A DNA stretch of 56,108 nucleotides from a virus (IMGVR_UViG_3300047560_001264:1-56108), one strand, 5' to 3'. Positions 1 to 22,299 are shown, counted from the first letter of the stretch. Numbers and translations are program-made. Notes: generated by a model not told the origin, from the letters alone.

Positions 1-2
1 CA

Positions 3-824
3 AACGGTGAAGTTCACATTGGTAACGAGTTTGGTAAAACTGGTGTATTACGTGTTTATGGCACACTATACGCTGATGCTATTCAAACTGATAACAGAAT
101 TACAAGAACACATCCATTAGAATTCAAGGCAACAGTTGATACATCAACATATGGTTTGGGTTTAATTTGGACCGGCACTGGCCCAGAGAAGCAATTAACT
201 TTATTATCTTCTGAAGATGGTGATAAAATCCGTTCAACAGAACACGTTGAGTTGGATTCTGGTAAATCATTCTTTATTGGTGGCAAACAAGTCTTATCAG
301 AAACAAGTATTGGATCATCTGTTGTATCAAGTAGCTTAACCAGCGTTGGTACATTGGAGTCATTAACTGTTTCTGGTACAGCAAGATTTGACGGCGAAGT
401 AATTTTAGATAGCGTTAATGCCAGCTCAGTACGTTTTGGTGATATTACACTAAATGATGCTGGCTTTGGAACAACAAGTTCATTAACACTCACTGCAAAT
501 AATGCTAGAGTAATTTATGCAGACGATACTCAAATTACAATTGGTGACCCAGCTAGAAACGACAAGGGTGTAAAAGTATACGGACCATTAAGCGTTGGTA
601 TCAATAATCCTGATCCAAGCGTTAACTTCTCTGTTAATGGTGATGTTAAGATTGGTGGTAAGAAGTTTACAAATGGTATTTCTGCACCAGCTGCCGGATC
701 TTACGAAGTAGGTGACATTTGCTGGAACATTCGTCCACAGGCAAATAGCTACGTTGGCTGGGTGTGCGTGGTGTCTGGTGATCCTGGTGAATGGCTACCG
801 TTCGGCAGTATTAATACTCAGTAA
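3..824 (+). CDS. Virion structural/tail-associated protein, 5' truncated by the window edge
   Basis: Frame is open from position 3 (NGEVHIGNEFGKTG...). Contains SSLTSVGTL and VGINNPDP fibre-type motifs and a C-terminal GDICWN..P....GWVC...G.PG.W..FG motif typical of phage fibre proteins. Confidence 0.7.
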   Translation, partial: NGEVHIGNEFGKTGVLRVYGTLYADAIQTDNRITRTHPLEFKATVDTSTYGLGLIWTGTGPEKQLTLLSSEDGDKIRSTEHVELDSGKSFFIGGKQVLSETSIGSSVVSSSLTSVGTLESLTVSGTARFDGEVILDSVNASSVRFGDITLNDAGFGTTSSLTLTANNARVIYADDTQITIGDPARNDKGVKVYGPLSVGINNPDPSVNFSVNGDVKIGGKKFTNGISAPAAGSYEVGDICWNIRPQANSYVGWVCVVSGDPGEWLPFGSINTQ

Positions 825-854
825 AACTAGTATTATTACTTACTCCCAATAGCT

Positions 855-862
855 TATAAATA
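855..862 (+). promoter_or_regulatory. T4-type late promoter TATAAATA
   Basis: Exact T4 late consensus in an intergenic gap. The TAAATA core recurs upstream of many genes in this window. Confidence 0.65.
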
Positions 863-870
863 ATTTGACT

Positions 871-1209
871 ATGGGACCGATTACAAAAAATCTTTACAAA
901 CAAATTACTGGATGGAGAATCTATTCAGTAATCGCACCTGCTATTTTTTGCGGGGCAGCGGCGTTCCTGTACCTACACTATGGTACACCGTTCCAGTCGA
1001 TTTTTTACTCTGGATTAATTATACTAGCGATTACTTGTATTAGTTGGTGGCATTGGAGCCTATCAACTATGGTTACGATGTTATTAATTATGAAAGATAC
1101 TGACGACCACTTTGATAAACTCAACAAGACATTGGAAGAGTTGCGTAGTCAAACTGCTGGTAAACCGAATTTAACTTTAGTCAAAAAAGTTGACGATACT
1201 AAAAAATAA
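871..1209 (+). CDS. Hypothetical membrane protein (2 TM helices, short coiled coil)
   Basis: ATG at 871; two hydrophobic segments followed by a charged tail. Confidence 0.7.
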   Translation: MGPITKNLYKQITGWRIYSVIAPAIFCGAAAFLYLHYGTPFQSIFYSGLIILAITCISWWHWSLSTMVTMLLIMKDTDDHFDKLNKTLEELRSQTAGKPNLTLVKKVDDTKK

Positions 1210-1217
1210 AGTATAAT
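1190..1217 (+). promoter_or_regulatory. Sigma70-like promoter for queD
   Basis: TTGACG (1190-1195), 16-nt spacer, TATAAT (1212-1217). Confidence 0.7.
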
Positions 1218-1243
1218 TACTGGATAAGGCACATTTATTCAGG

Positions 1244-1310
1244 CATCATATAGGCGAGAGGACTTTAGACGCTCATCCCTCAGTAAATATTCTGCGTGTC
1301 ATCTTATAGG
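1244..1310 (+). ncRNA. Candidate structured 5' leader of queD
   Basis: GAG(A)GGA 1256-1262 pairs with TCCCTC 1276-1281; loop ACGC can pair with GCGT 1294-1297; flanked by the 11-nt near-direct repeat CATC(A/T)TATAGG. Confidence 0.3.
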
Positions 1311-1319
1311 ATAAACAAG

Positions 1320-1871
1320 ATGACTTGGATCATTGATAAAACTTTTGAATTCTGTTATGGCCACAGAGTTCATACTCAAACACTTAACGGCGAATATGCC
1401 GCTGACTTAAAATGTGCCTGCCGTCACTTACACGGGCACGAAGGTAAAATGCAAGTGCATTTAACTGGTAACGGATTAGATAATACTGGTATGGTTACAG
1501 ACTTTAGACATTTGGAATGGCTAAAGAAATGGATCAATGAGTTTATTGATCACCAATTTATTATTGATAGAAACGACCCACTTTATGATAAAATTATTGG
1601 AGACCGCGGGCTTGTGCCTGTTTATGTTCCTGGCACTGAGTTCATTGCAGGACATCATTTGGATCTCTCAGGGCTTGAACCAAACAGTCCTGAATATGAA
1701 TACTTTGAAGGCTTTATGGTTGTTGGATTTGTTCCTACTTCAGAGCACCTTAGTTCATGGATGGCAGAGCTCGTTGAAGCAAAAATGACAAAACTTGGAG
1801 TTAAAGTCCACAGCATTGAGTGGTGGGAAACTCCTAAGAGTCGCAGCGTATTTTATAGAGACGGTGTTTAA
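1320..1871 (+). CDS. queD: 6-carboxy-5,6,7,8-tetrahydropterin synthase (QueD/PTPS family)
   Basis: FEFCYGHR, CRHLHGH, GMVTDF, DHQF, PTSEHL and WETPKS motifs; ATG 1320 follows an AGGA SD. Confidence 0.93.
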   Translation: MTWIIDKTFEFCYGHRVHTQTLNGEYAADLKCACRHLHGHEGKMQVHLTGNGLDNTGMVTDFRHLEWLKKWINEFIDHQFIIDRNDPLYDKIIGDRGLVPVYVPGTEFIAGHHLDLSGLEPNSPEYEYFEGFMVVGFVPTSEHLSSWMAELVEAKMTKLGVKVHSIEWWETPKSRSVFYRDGV

Positions 1872-2025
1872 AAAGTTTTGGCATTTATGGGCCAAGGCCC
1901 TTGGTGAAAAAGCAGGCAGTTCGGATATTGAAGCAGACCGAATTGCTTGCATACGTACGGCAATCGTGTTAATATATGTCATCACTAACTTTTTTATAGT
2001 GGCAGGTGTTATCCGCCACTGGTAA
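1864..2025 (+). CDS. Small phage membrane protein
   Basis: GTG start overlaps the queD stop; LWAKALGEKA...ADRIA..R followed by one TM helix ending RHW. Confidence 0.65.
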   Translation: MFKKFWHLWAKALGEKAGSSDIEADRIACIRTAIVLIYVITNFFIVAGVIRHW

Positions 2026-2032
2026 GGCACAA

Positions 2033-3052
2033 ATGGGCAAGATTGGCTTTGCGTGTAAATGGATTGATTTCCCGCACCAAACAGACGGCATCAAACCAAC
2101 TGATGACTGTAAGAAATACAACACTAATACAACTACTATTACTTGGTTAAATAAACAGAGTAGAGATGTTGCAGAACAAAAACTTTGGGATATTACTGAC
2201 CAAAACCTAGCAGCAGTTTATAACTTAGTAGAGCGTGTAGGGGAACTAGATGAACAACTCCGTATGGTCCGCATTGGAAGTGATATCCTCCCTGCTTACA
2301 CTCATGAGCTTTTTCGCGATTATTATAAGCGAGTGGATGTACTGGCAAAGCTCGAGCAGGGATTTTCGAAAATCGGAGTTTTGGCTCGCAATAAACAAAT
2401 ACGCCTTTCAATGCACCCTGGGCAGTTTTGCGTTCTGGCTTCTGATAATCCTGGTATCGTTGAGCGTTCAATAGAGGAATTTGAATATCATGCGGATATG
2501 GCACGGTTTATGGGATATGGCAAAACATTTCAAGACTTTAAAATCAATGTTCATATCTCAGGAAAGCAAGGCCCAATGGGAGTCATTGCTGCGTTGGATC
2601 GGATGAGCCCCGAGGCTCGAAATTGTATTACTATTGAAAACGAGGAAAACTCACATGGATTGGATGACTGTCTCAGTATTAGCGATACTGTACCTATCGT
2701 GCTCGATATACATCATCACTGGGTTCGCGAAGGTGAGTACATTTTACCAGAAGATGCCCGAGTGCAGAAAGTCATTGATAGTTGGCGGGGCATTCGTCCT
2801 ACTATGCACTATTCCATTAGTCGTGAAGATGTACTTGTGGGTCATGCCACTGATGATCGGCCAGACATGGAGTCTCTGCTATTAGAAGGGCACAAAAAAC
2901 AAAAGTTGCGAGCTCACAGCGACTTTTATTGGAATAAGGAAGTTAATAATTGGGCAATAAGTTTCACAGACCAGTTCGACATAATGTGCGAAAGCAAGGG
3001 CAAGAATTTAGCAAGTATGGAACTGTACAATCAAATGAAGGGAACAGTATGA
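2033..3052 (+). CDS. uvsE: UV damage endonuclease (UvsE/UVDE)
   Basis: IGFACK, RIGSDILP, RLSMHPGQFCVL, INVHISG, TIENEE, LDIHHH, HYS, AHSDF and DIMCESKGKNLA motifs. Confidence 0.93.
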   Translation: MGKIGFACKWIDFPHQTDGIKPTDDCKKYNTNTTTITWLNKQSRDVAEQKLWDITDQNLAAVYNLVERVGELDEQLRMVRIGSDILPAYTHELFRDYYKRVDVLAKLEQGFSKIGVLARNKQIRLSMHPGQFCVLASDNPGIVERSIEEFEYHADMARFMGYGKTFQDFKINVHISGKQGPMGVIAALDRMSPEARNCITIENEENSHGLDDCLSISDTVPIVLDIHHHWVREGEYILPEDARVQKVIDSWRGIRPTMHYSISREDVLVGHATDDRPDMESLLLEGHKKQKLRAHSDFYWNKEVNNWAISFTDQFDIMCESKGKNLASMELYNQMKGTV

Positions 3053-3243
3053 TGACTAGAGAAAAGTTAATACATCACGTTGAGCATCTCAAAGAGAAGC
3101 ACGAGAAATTAGACAAGCAAATTGATCTAATGGAGCAAACTGGTAACTTCGTAGATAACGAATTAAACAATCTCAAGAAAAAACGTCTGACAATTAAAGA
3201 TGAAATTGAACAGACGAATAAGAAAATAGATCGTATTCAATAA
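3049..3243 (+). CDS. DUF465/YdcH-like coiled-coil protein
   Basis: L.EKH..LDKQI...LKKKRL.IKDEI pattern; start overlaps the uvsE stop. Confidence 0.75.
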   Translation: MMTREKLIHHVEHLKEKHEKLDKQIDLMEQTGNFVDNELNNLKKKRLTIKDEIEQTNKKIDRIQ

Positions 3244-3265
3244 AAAAGGGGCTTTTGCCCCTTTT
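3242..3265. terminator. Bidirectional intrinsic terminator
   Basis: AAAAGGGGC-TTTT-GCCCCTTTT between convergent genes. Confidence 0.85.
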
Positions 3266-3266
3266 A

Positions 3267-3554
3267 TTATTTTGCAGCTGGTCTAGTTGCTTTTTGAGCC
3301 GTTGCTGCCTTAGGCTTTTGACCGCCTTGTTTCTTAGCGGCTGGCTTCTTAGCGCCTGCAGGCTTCTTGTTGAAGTTTTGCTTCTTTCCAACTGGCTTCT
3401 TAGCTGCTGGTTTTGCTTCAGTAGCTTGCTTAACTTCTGCAACTGGTTGGGCATTAACTGCTTCAACTTTTGCTACAGGTGTTTCAACCTTATATGGTGC
3501 TACTTCTACTTCTGTTGGCTTGATGCCAAAGAAACTCTTTAAAAATTTAATCAT
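3267..3554 (-). CDS. Basic K/A/P-rich protein with histone-H1-like tail
   Basis: PAAKK repeats; SD AAGGAG and a TAAATA late promoter (3576-3581) upstream on the minus strand. Confidence 0.75.
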   Translation of the reverse strand: MIKFLKSFFGIKPTEVEVAPYKVETPVAKVEAVNAQPVAEVKQATEAKPAAKKPVGKKQNFNKKPAGAKKPAAKKQGGQKPKAATAQKATRPAAK

Positions 3555-3589
3555 AGTGATTACTCCTTGTGGTTTTATTTAGTAATGGA

Positions 3590-3877
3590 TCACAACTGGT
3601 CCAAAGTTTTGAGACTGCTTACTGGCATATCCCAAATTCTTCTTGCTTCAACGCCCTTTTCTTGGGCAAATCGTTTAGCATCGCAATTACCACATACGTG
3701 GTAAAAGTTATTATTTAAACGTTTAGGATCCATTGATCCTTTATCTCGTCTAAAATAACCCCCACACGCATCACACTGGAACACCACCACAGTTTTCTTA
3801 CGAGTATACATGTGCTGTGTACCGTACTTACTCTTGCGGTAATAGTTTTGATGTGCGTATTCTGTGCCAATATACAT
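3590..3877 (-). CDS. Hypothetical Zn-finger protein
   Basis: CDAC ... CGNC pair; TAAATA 5 nt upstream of the ATG. Confidence 0.7.
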   Translation of the reverse strand: MYIGTEYAHQNYYRKSKYGTQHMYTRKKTVVVFQCDACGGYFRRDKGSMDPKRLNNNFYHVCGNCDAKRFAQEKGVEARRIWDMPVSSLKTLDQL

Positions 3878-3882
3878 GATTG

Positions 3883-3919
3883 TATTTACATTAAGTTTCT
3901 AGAAATGGTTCGATAAATA
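3883..3919. promoter_or_regulatory. Divergent late promoters
   Basis: TAAATA on the minus strand (3883-3888) and the plus strand (3914-3919) between divergent genes. Confidence 0.6.
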
Positions 3920-3925
3920 ACATGA

Positions 3926-15582
<11,657 letters not shown>

Positions 15583-15583
<1 letters not shown>

Positions 15584-18423
15584 TGGCTAAACAGGTAATT
15601 AATATTGGTCGTTCTGTTAATGATAAAACTGGTGATCCAATTCGTACAGCGTTTGGGAAGGTTAACGATAACTTTACTGAACTATACAATTTAGTAGGAT
15701 CAAGTGGAACATCATATACACTTCCCGTAGCAACTACCCTGGTGCTCGGGGGTGTAAAAATTGACGGTACTAGTATTACTATAAATCCTGAGGGGATTAT
15801 TAGCACTAGTGGTGGTACTGGCATGAAGGGCGATAAAGGTGACACTGGTGCCACGGGACCACAAGGACCGCAAGGTATTCAAGGTCTTCAAGGACTTGCG
15901 GGTGCAACTGGGGCACAAGGCGTACAAGGTGCCCAAGGTCCCGAAGGCCCACAAGGTGTTGCTGGACTTCAAGGCCCAACTGGGCCACAGGGTGATACTG
16001 GACCACAGGGCGTTGCTGGAGCGAAGGGCGATCAAGGTATCACGGGCGCACAGGGCGATGCAGGACCAAAAGGTGATACTGGTGCCCAAGGTATCAGTGT
16101 TACGTTGCAAGGAACAAAGGCAACTATTGCAGATCTTCCAGCAGCACCAGTTGATTGGAATACGTTTGCTGGACATGGCTGGATTGTAACAGCTGGTGAC
16201 GGCATTACACACGCAAATGGCAGTTTATGGTTTTGGAATTTAACTACAGGACAATGGAATGACATTGGTCCAATCGTTGGCCCACAGGGCAACGTGGGTG
16301 CAACAGGACCGCGTGGTTTACAAGGGCCACAAGGTAATGATGGTCTCCAAGGTATCCAAGGGCCAGCAGGCGCAGCAGGCGCTCAAGGACCAGAGGGTGC
16401 TCAAGGACCACGTGGTTTAACTGGCCCACAAGGTGATACTGGACCAACTGGTCCAACTGGTGCTACAGGTCCTGCGGGCGGCAATGCAGACACTGGTAAT
16501 ATTGGATTTGTCACGGACTTTATCTATGATCTTAATGGTGTAACTATTGAGAACGCTGACTTATCACATGGTGCTACAAGTGCTGTAGTTGTTCCAGGCA
16601 ACGGTACCGCAGATGCACTACAGATTAATAACCTTTATGGCCCAGTTAGTATTACAAGTGGTGCCACTAATGTCACCAAATCATGGACGTTTGATAATCT
16701 TGGCAATCTTGTTCCAGGAACAGATAATATACAAGACATTGGTACTCCAACAAATCGTGTTCGCCACATTTATGTTGGTCCAGGTTCTATCTCAGTTGGT
16801 AGCAGTATTATTACAGAATCCACCACTGGTAAACTCGTACTTCCAGGTTTAACTCGTGGTACAGGATACACTGTTGAAGAAGTTGATGATCACGGTAACC
16901 AAACGCAGCAATTTAATAATGCCAACCCAGTCGCTCTTGATGCGGCATTGTATGCAGCCGTTGTTGCACAATCAGATACAAGTTACTTTGCTGACTACAC
17001 AGTAAACCTAGATGATGAAGGTTATATTGACAACATCCAAGTTAATGGTGCGGGAACATATAGCGAAGCAGAATCAGTTGTTGCCAGAAACAATGATATG
17101 TATGTTTATGCTGGTGCAGGTAGTGCTAGTGATCGTCCATTAGTTCCACAAGATTGGATTCAAGTTCCATTCCGTCCTCGCATGAAGGCAGGAGATACTG
17201 AATACGAATTTAGTACAGGTGGAGGCGGTAATCCTCTTACAGTATACAATGTTAACAACGCTAACACGTGGCTTAACGTCACAGAGTTACAGTTTGGCGA
17301 CAACTTAGTAGTAACTGACGTGGGGCAAGAAGGCCAAGGTATTTTAAGAATCGATGCTACAGGCGGCGGTAGTAGCGGTGTTGTACAGCGCAGTGTTAAC
17401 TTCCCTGCCGGAACAGAGGGTGACACAAGAGGAACACTAGCATTAGACCCGGATAACACGTTATATCTATCCACACACAACTACGGTGCAGGTCAGCCAC
17501 TAACTTCTAATGTGTTTACTCCCGAAGACTACAGCACTGGGCAGTCATACAATCAAAGTGTTATCTTTGGTCTAGCAACATCCGCTTTCCCGGACATTGC
17601 TGCTCTTGTTAATACTAACATGCCTGGCGAATGGCAAGTAACAGTTGATGCTGAGGGTTTAAGTGGAACATTTACAGTTACAGAAATTAACTCAGTAACA
17701 TTTAGTTCAGGTGACTACGAAGGACAACAAGGTTATTGGTTCAACATTGGACCGCAGGGCGATTCTTTTGCGTTCCCGGCAGACACTGAATATACGTTGA
17801 TTTACACAGCAAACAGTCCTACTAATATTTGGGAAATGATTCCTGCTATCAACGGCGATGGCAACTTAGTAATAGATGGCAATGTTGTCATTGGTGGCGC
17901 TGGCACTAACAATGAAACACATCTTGTTATCGACGGTGCCAACTATTGGACCAGCATCCAGTGGAAAAACTTCCCAACACAACCAACAACGGCAGCACCA
18001 TTTGAATGTCAGTCACAGTTGTTAAGAGTCTTTAGAGGCGATAACACTATTAATGGACACGAAGAACTAGTTGCGGTTACTGCTAATACAGATAACGGTG
18101 ATGAAAACTGTTTGATGATTACTACAAGTAAAGGTAAGATTCCGGATGCCCCATACAATGACGGAGTTGGAATACAATACAACTGGATCTTTGGAGGGGA
18201 TGGTAAGGTACAGTTCCCAGATGGTACTAAACAAACAACAGCATACGTTCAACAGGCTATCAACTTAGACGGCGGTGGAGCAGGTGTTAAATATGACGCA
18301 CAATATGCTTATGTTGATGGCGGCTTTAGTTCAACACGCTTTGGCACATTAAGCACAGTATATGACGGTGGCAACACACTTACTGAATCAAATCAAACTA
18401 CATTAGACGGCGGTGGAGCATAA
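15583..18423 (+). CDS. Collagen-repeat tail fibre protein
   Basis: Same N-terminal anchor motif as the giant protein; two G-X-Y tracts; FPDGTKQTTA; four C-terminal DGG motifs. Confidence 0.85.
15823..16480 (+). repeat. Collagen G-X-Y coding repeats (two tracts)
   Basis: GPQGPQGIQG-type repeats interrupted by a ~65-aa non-collagen domain; boundaries approximate. Confidence 0.85.
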
Positions 18424-18426
18424 TCA

Positions 18427-21400
18427 ATGGCAAACAAAATACAACTACGAAGAGACACAACAGCAAACTGGGCTCGTGTTAATCCTATCCTAGACGATGG
18501 CGAACCAGGTCTAGACATCGACCTTAACAAAGTTAAGTACGGTGATGGATCCACACACTGGAACCAACTACCGTTTTCTGGGGCTGCACCTCAAGCAGAA
18601 CCAAATCGTTTGTCAAACAACGGCAGTCATTTAACACTAAACTCTAATGGTAGTGTGCTACTTGAAAGCGGTGTTCTACTCGATAACAACTCTAACATCA
18701 CATTCCCTCAAGGACACGTTATTGGTCCAGGTATGGGAGATTTAACTCTAGCGGGTCAAGGCGGCGTTGCTATTTTAAAAACTTCGGGACAAAGCGTAAC
18801 AGATACAGTATTTGTAGGTGACGGTATTGCGATGACTACTGCTCGCGGTACTGTACAGTTTGGTGCTAACTTAGAAGCTCCAGGCTTACCTACTCATTTC
18901 CATATTAACAAAGCTGGCTCGTTTGATTTGTTCTTAGGTGATGATTCAAACTATGTTAAACTACCGGCACTAAGCGGTGTAGAAGTTCAGGCCAGTGAAG
19001 ATGGTGTAGGTGTCGCTAACTGGACATTTGATGCCCTTGGAAAAATAACGGTCCCACGTGATGGAGTTATTACTAGTGCTAGCGACTTTTCTGACATTGC
19101 TGTAAATATTGCCAACGTTAGTCGCAGCAATCCCGCAGTTGTTACCATAGTCAGTGGAACTTCAGATCTTAATAATGAGATTGCTGTATATGGTTCTAAG
19201 GTACAGATTACCAGTGTAACTGGCAATATGACTGGTGCCCTAAACAACAACTATTACCATATAAAATATTTGAGCGGTGATAGCTATGAGCTGTATGAGG
19301 ACGAGGACTTTGCAGTTCCTGTCGATTCAACCAACTGGGATATCTTTGGTGGATACACTAACAGAACTGTTACCAGCAACGGCGTAACTTATGCCACCGC
19401 CGATCCATTTAGCCCAGGAAGTATAGAATTTACTGGTGGTGCTAAAGGTAATGCTCCTTCAATGACTGTTAAGGATGCAGGACTTAATATCTCCGGCGAC
19501 TTTACACTAGAGTGCTTTTTCTATCCAAGACAAAATAACAACTATAATGGTATTATGGGCGTTGGCAGTGGCGAGTTTGTTCTACACTTTGGTACTGACG
19601 GAGCCTTATGGGGCAAGTTTGGTAACGGCATAGAACAACTTAGCCAACAGGTGTCTCTTAACACTTGGCACCACATTGCTCTAGTAAGAAACATTTCTAG
19701 TGGTCCAAGTCCTGTAGTTACATTATATCTTGACGGTGCAGCCATTACATCACACGAGGTAACAGATTCTGCACTAGGTGATATATTAACTATTGGTGAA
19801 GGCTTGTTGGGTAACCCACAAAACTTCAACGGCTACATGACCAACATTCGTTTAAGTAGTGTTGCTCGTTACGATATTGGCTTGTCATCGCTGACAGTAC
19901 CAACAGCAACATTTACTCCAGACAGCGATACTGTGTTATTGCTAGCCTGCGACAATGATGTTAATCCGTATCTTGACACAAGCCCAAGTCCAAAAATAGT
20001 ACAGGGTTATATGGCCGCTTATGGTACAAGTACAACTACTCCATATAACACTACAGGCATTGACAATCCGGAGACTAAGTTAGACATTCTGAATGCGGCA
20101 TATATTCCTAATATCTATTACATGGGTCAAAGCGATCGCGTGGTAAACCTAGATCAAAACTGGACTGATTACATTAATGTGGTTGAAAACCCAACCAGTG
20201 GAGACACACGTTTTGATCGATTCTTCACTCTTTATGGTACTAGCTCATTCACTAATGGTGAACACTATGCGTTCTACCGTACTACTATATCGCCTCCAGG
20301 TTATAGCACAAGCACACCATTTGATTCAGCTATCGGTAGTATAAGTGTCGGAGGCGGTACTAACTTAACTATTCCTTACAGCGATGACTTCCAGATTGGC
20401 ACTAGAGATTTCTCAGTAGACTTCTGGGTATATCAGAAAGATATGGTTGCATATCCTCGATTATTTGACTTTGGGTCATGGACCGGCGGCGTAGGTGATA
20501 GTGGCGAGCATTTAGGCATTAGTTCAGAGCCTGGTGTTTTATTTGCATGGTTGGCTAGCGATAACTACAGTTTTGGTGTTACTGGCGGCATGATGCTAAA
20601 CACTTGGAACCATCTTGCCATCGCTCGTGTTGACGGCGTTGTATCATTATATGCCAACGGTGTTTGCTACAACACATGGACTCCTGATCCTGCTATCAAC
20701 ATTGATATGATGGGCAGAGACCTAGTTATCGGCACTGGCGGCGACGGTAATAACTACTGGACCGGTTATATCCGTGACTTTAGATTAAATGTTGGAGCAA
20801 GTGCGTTTAACGGTAACTTTGCGTTACCAACTGACGCGGCTCAGGCTACAGGTTCAGAAACTAAAGTATTATTAAACGGCACTGACTCTAACAACTTTGC
20901 TCAAGACTTTAGTAACAGCGTAGTAGTTCCGGGCTCAGGATTTGCCACCCTAATCACTAAGACAGGGGATATCACTGTAGGTACAGCAGTTCCAGCTAAC
21001 GGCGGTGACGCAGGACACTTACACTTGGCCGCAGGCGATCAAGTGTTGTCCATCGCAGGCACTGGCGATGTTACCATGCCAAGAGATGCTGAGATTAAAG
21101 GTTATTATAAAGCAGAATCCGGTACTAGATTTACAACTGTAGTTAATGCTATTAATGATCAAACAATCTACACTCCGGGTTATTTAGACTTGCCTATTAA
21201 CGGCCAGACATATCAAGTAACCGCAGGATGGACAGCAAGAGATACGCACGGTAACGTTGCTACGATTACTAGTATCATTTACGATTGTCCAGATTTGCCT
21301 CCAAGCAACAGAGCAACTTACAGTGGATCATTAACTAACTATCCTATAACATTAAGTAGTCCGGACTACTCAGCAGAAGTTATCAGCGACCTAAAGATTT

Positions 21401-22299
21401 CAACTAATAAGGACCTAGGTGCCAATATAACAGTAGGCGCCAATGGCGTTGTGTCAATTGCCAACTCTATTGAAACTGGCAGTGTTGGTTTCTTGAAGTA
21501 CAGTAGTCTAATAGAACAAGATGAAACTACTGTAACAGAAGGTAGCATAGCACTATCTATTAATGATTGGCAGACTTATGGCAGTGCTGGACAAAACAAT
21601 CCGACTACAACCCCGTCGGGATTTACAACTGACGGTACATGGCAGTATATTCAGTTTGGCGACTGGGACACTACTGCATTGTCGGCAATGCTACGTGGTG
21701 CTCCAGGAATGGCTATTCCAGCAACATGGGCCGACGGTAGCACAGCAAGAACTGGTTATGTATATTTAGAAGTTTTAGATTCTCAGACATTCTGGATAAC
21801 ACCTTGTGATGCTAGCGGCAATAATCCGATAGCAGGTACTTGGTACTTCCCAGCAACTATTGGCGGTACATCAACAGTTATCCCTAATAGCCTAACAGTA
21901 CATATGGGCAGTACAGACTACAAGTTTGGTGTTGATGGCAACTTGAGACTACCTAACGGTACAGTGGCCGCATACAGCGGACAGAAAACTATCATTGTCA
22001 ATGCCACAACAGCAAATCAAGATAACATCATTACTGATGCTGCCAGTGTCTATTTTGTATATCCAGAATACGGATACAATGATACACCTAATCAACTGAT
22101 TGTATTACCAGTAGATGGTCCATTAGGATCTAAGGTTAGTGTTATTAACTGCTATGGCGGAAACTTAGACTTAGTTATTGATCAAAACAACGGATACAAT
22201 ACTGTAACACTCAATACCTACGAAAATAGAGACTATGTACTGATTGAAGAACCCGGCTATGGACGCTACTGGTGGGAAACTAACAGCTACAGCTGGTAA
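18427..22299 (+). CDS. Tail fibre with Mtd_N-like anchor and two LamG/ConA-like lectin domains
   Basis: KIQLRRDTTANW..NPILDDGEPG...KYGDG..W..LP; DFTLECFFYP...NTWHHIALVR...LYLDG...FNGYMTNIRLS, plus a second copy (DFSVDFWVY...NTWNHLAIAR...GYIRDFR). Confidence 0.88.
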   Translation: MANKIQLRRDTTANWARVNPILDDGEPGLDIDLNKVKYGDGSTHWNQLPFSGAAPQAEPNRLSNNGSHLTLNSNGSVLLESGVLLDNNSNITFPQGHVIGPGMGDLTLAGQGGVAILKTSGQSVTDTVFVGDGIAMTTARGTVQFGANLEAPGLPTHFHINKAGSFDLFLGDDSNYVKLPALSGVEVQASEDGVGVANWTFDALGKITVPRDGVITSASDFSDIAVNIANVSRSNPAVVTIVSGTSDLNNEIAVYGSKVQITSVTGNMTGALNNNYYHIKYLSGDSYELYEDEDFAVPVDSTNWDIFGGYTNRTVTSNGVTYATADPFSPGSIEFTGGAKGNAPSMTVKDAGLNISGDFTLECFFYPRQNNNYNGIMGVGSGEFVLHFGTDGALWGKFGNGIEQLSQQVSLNTWHHIALVRNISSGPSPVVTLYLDGAAITSHEVTDSALGDILTIGEGLLGNPQNFNGYMTNIRLSSVARYDIGLSSLTVPTATFTPDSDTVLLLACDNDVNPYLDTSPSPKIVQGYMAAYGTSTTTPYNTTGIDNPETKLDILNAAYIPNIYYMGQSDRVVNLDQNWTDYINVVENPTSGDTRFDRFFTLYGTSSFTNGEHYAFYRTTISPPGYSTSTPFDSAIGSISVGGGTNLTIPYSDDFQIGTRDFSVDFWVYQKDMVAYPRLFDFGSWTGGVGDSGEHLGISSEPGVLFAWLASDNYSFGVTGGMMLNTWNHLAIARVDGVVSLYANGVCYNTWTPDPAINIDMMGRDLVIGTGGDGNNYWTGYIRDFRLNVGASAFNGNFALPTDAAQATGSETKVLLNGTDSNNFAQDFSNSVVVPGSGFATLITKTGDITVGTAVPANGGDAGHLHLAAGDQVLSIAGTGDVTMPRDAEIKGYYKAESGTRFTTVVNAINDQTIYTPGYLDLPINGQTYQVTAGWTARDTHGNVATITSIIYDCPDLPPSNRATYSGSLTNYPITLSSPDYSAEVISDLKISTNKDLGANITVGANGVVSIANSIETGSVGFLKYSSLIEQDETTVTEGSIALSINDWQTYGSAGQNNPTTTPSGFTTDGTWQYIQFGDWDTTALSAMLRGAPGMAIPATWADGSTARTGYVYLEVLDSQTFWITPCDASGNNPIAGTWYFPATIGGTSTVIPNSLTVHMGSTDYKFGVDGNLRLPNGTVAAYSGQKTIIVNATTANQDNIITDAASVYFVYPEYGYNDTPNQLIVLPVDGPLGSKVSVINCYGGNLDLVIDQNNGYNTVTLNTYENRDYVLIEEPGYGRYWWETNSYSW

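Noticed and set aside
15712-16456. Overlapping and antisense ORFs over collagen tracts (also 22435-22900)
   Set aside because: Shadow ORFs caused by G-X-Y codon periodicity; no SD or recognisable motifs
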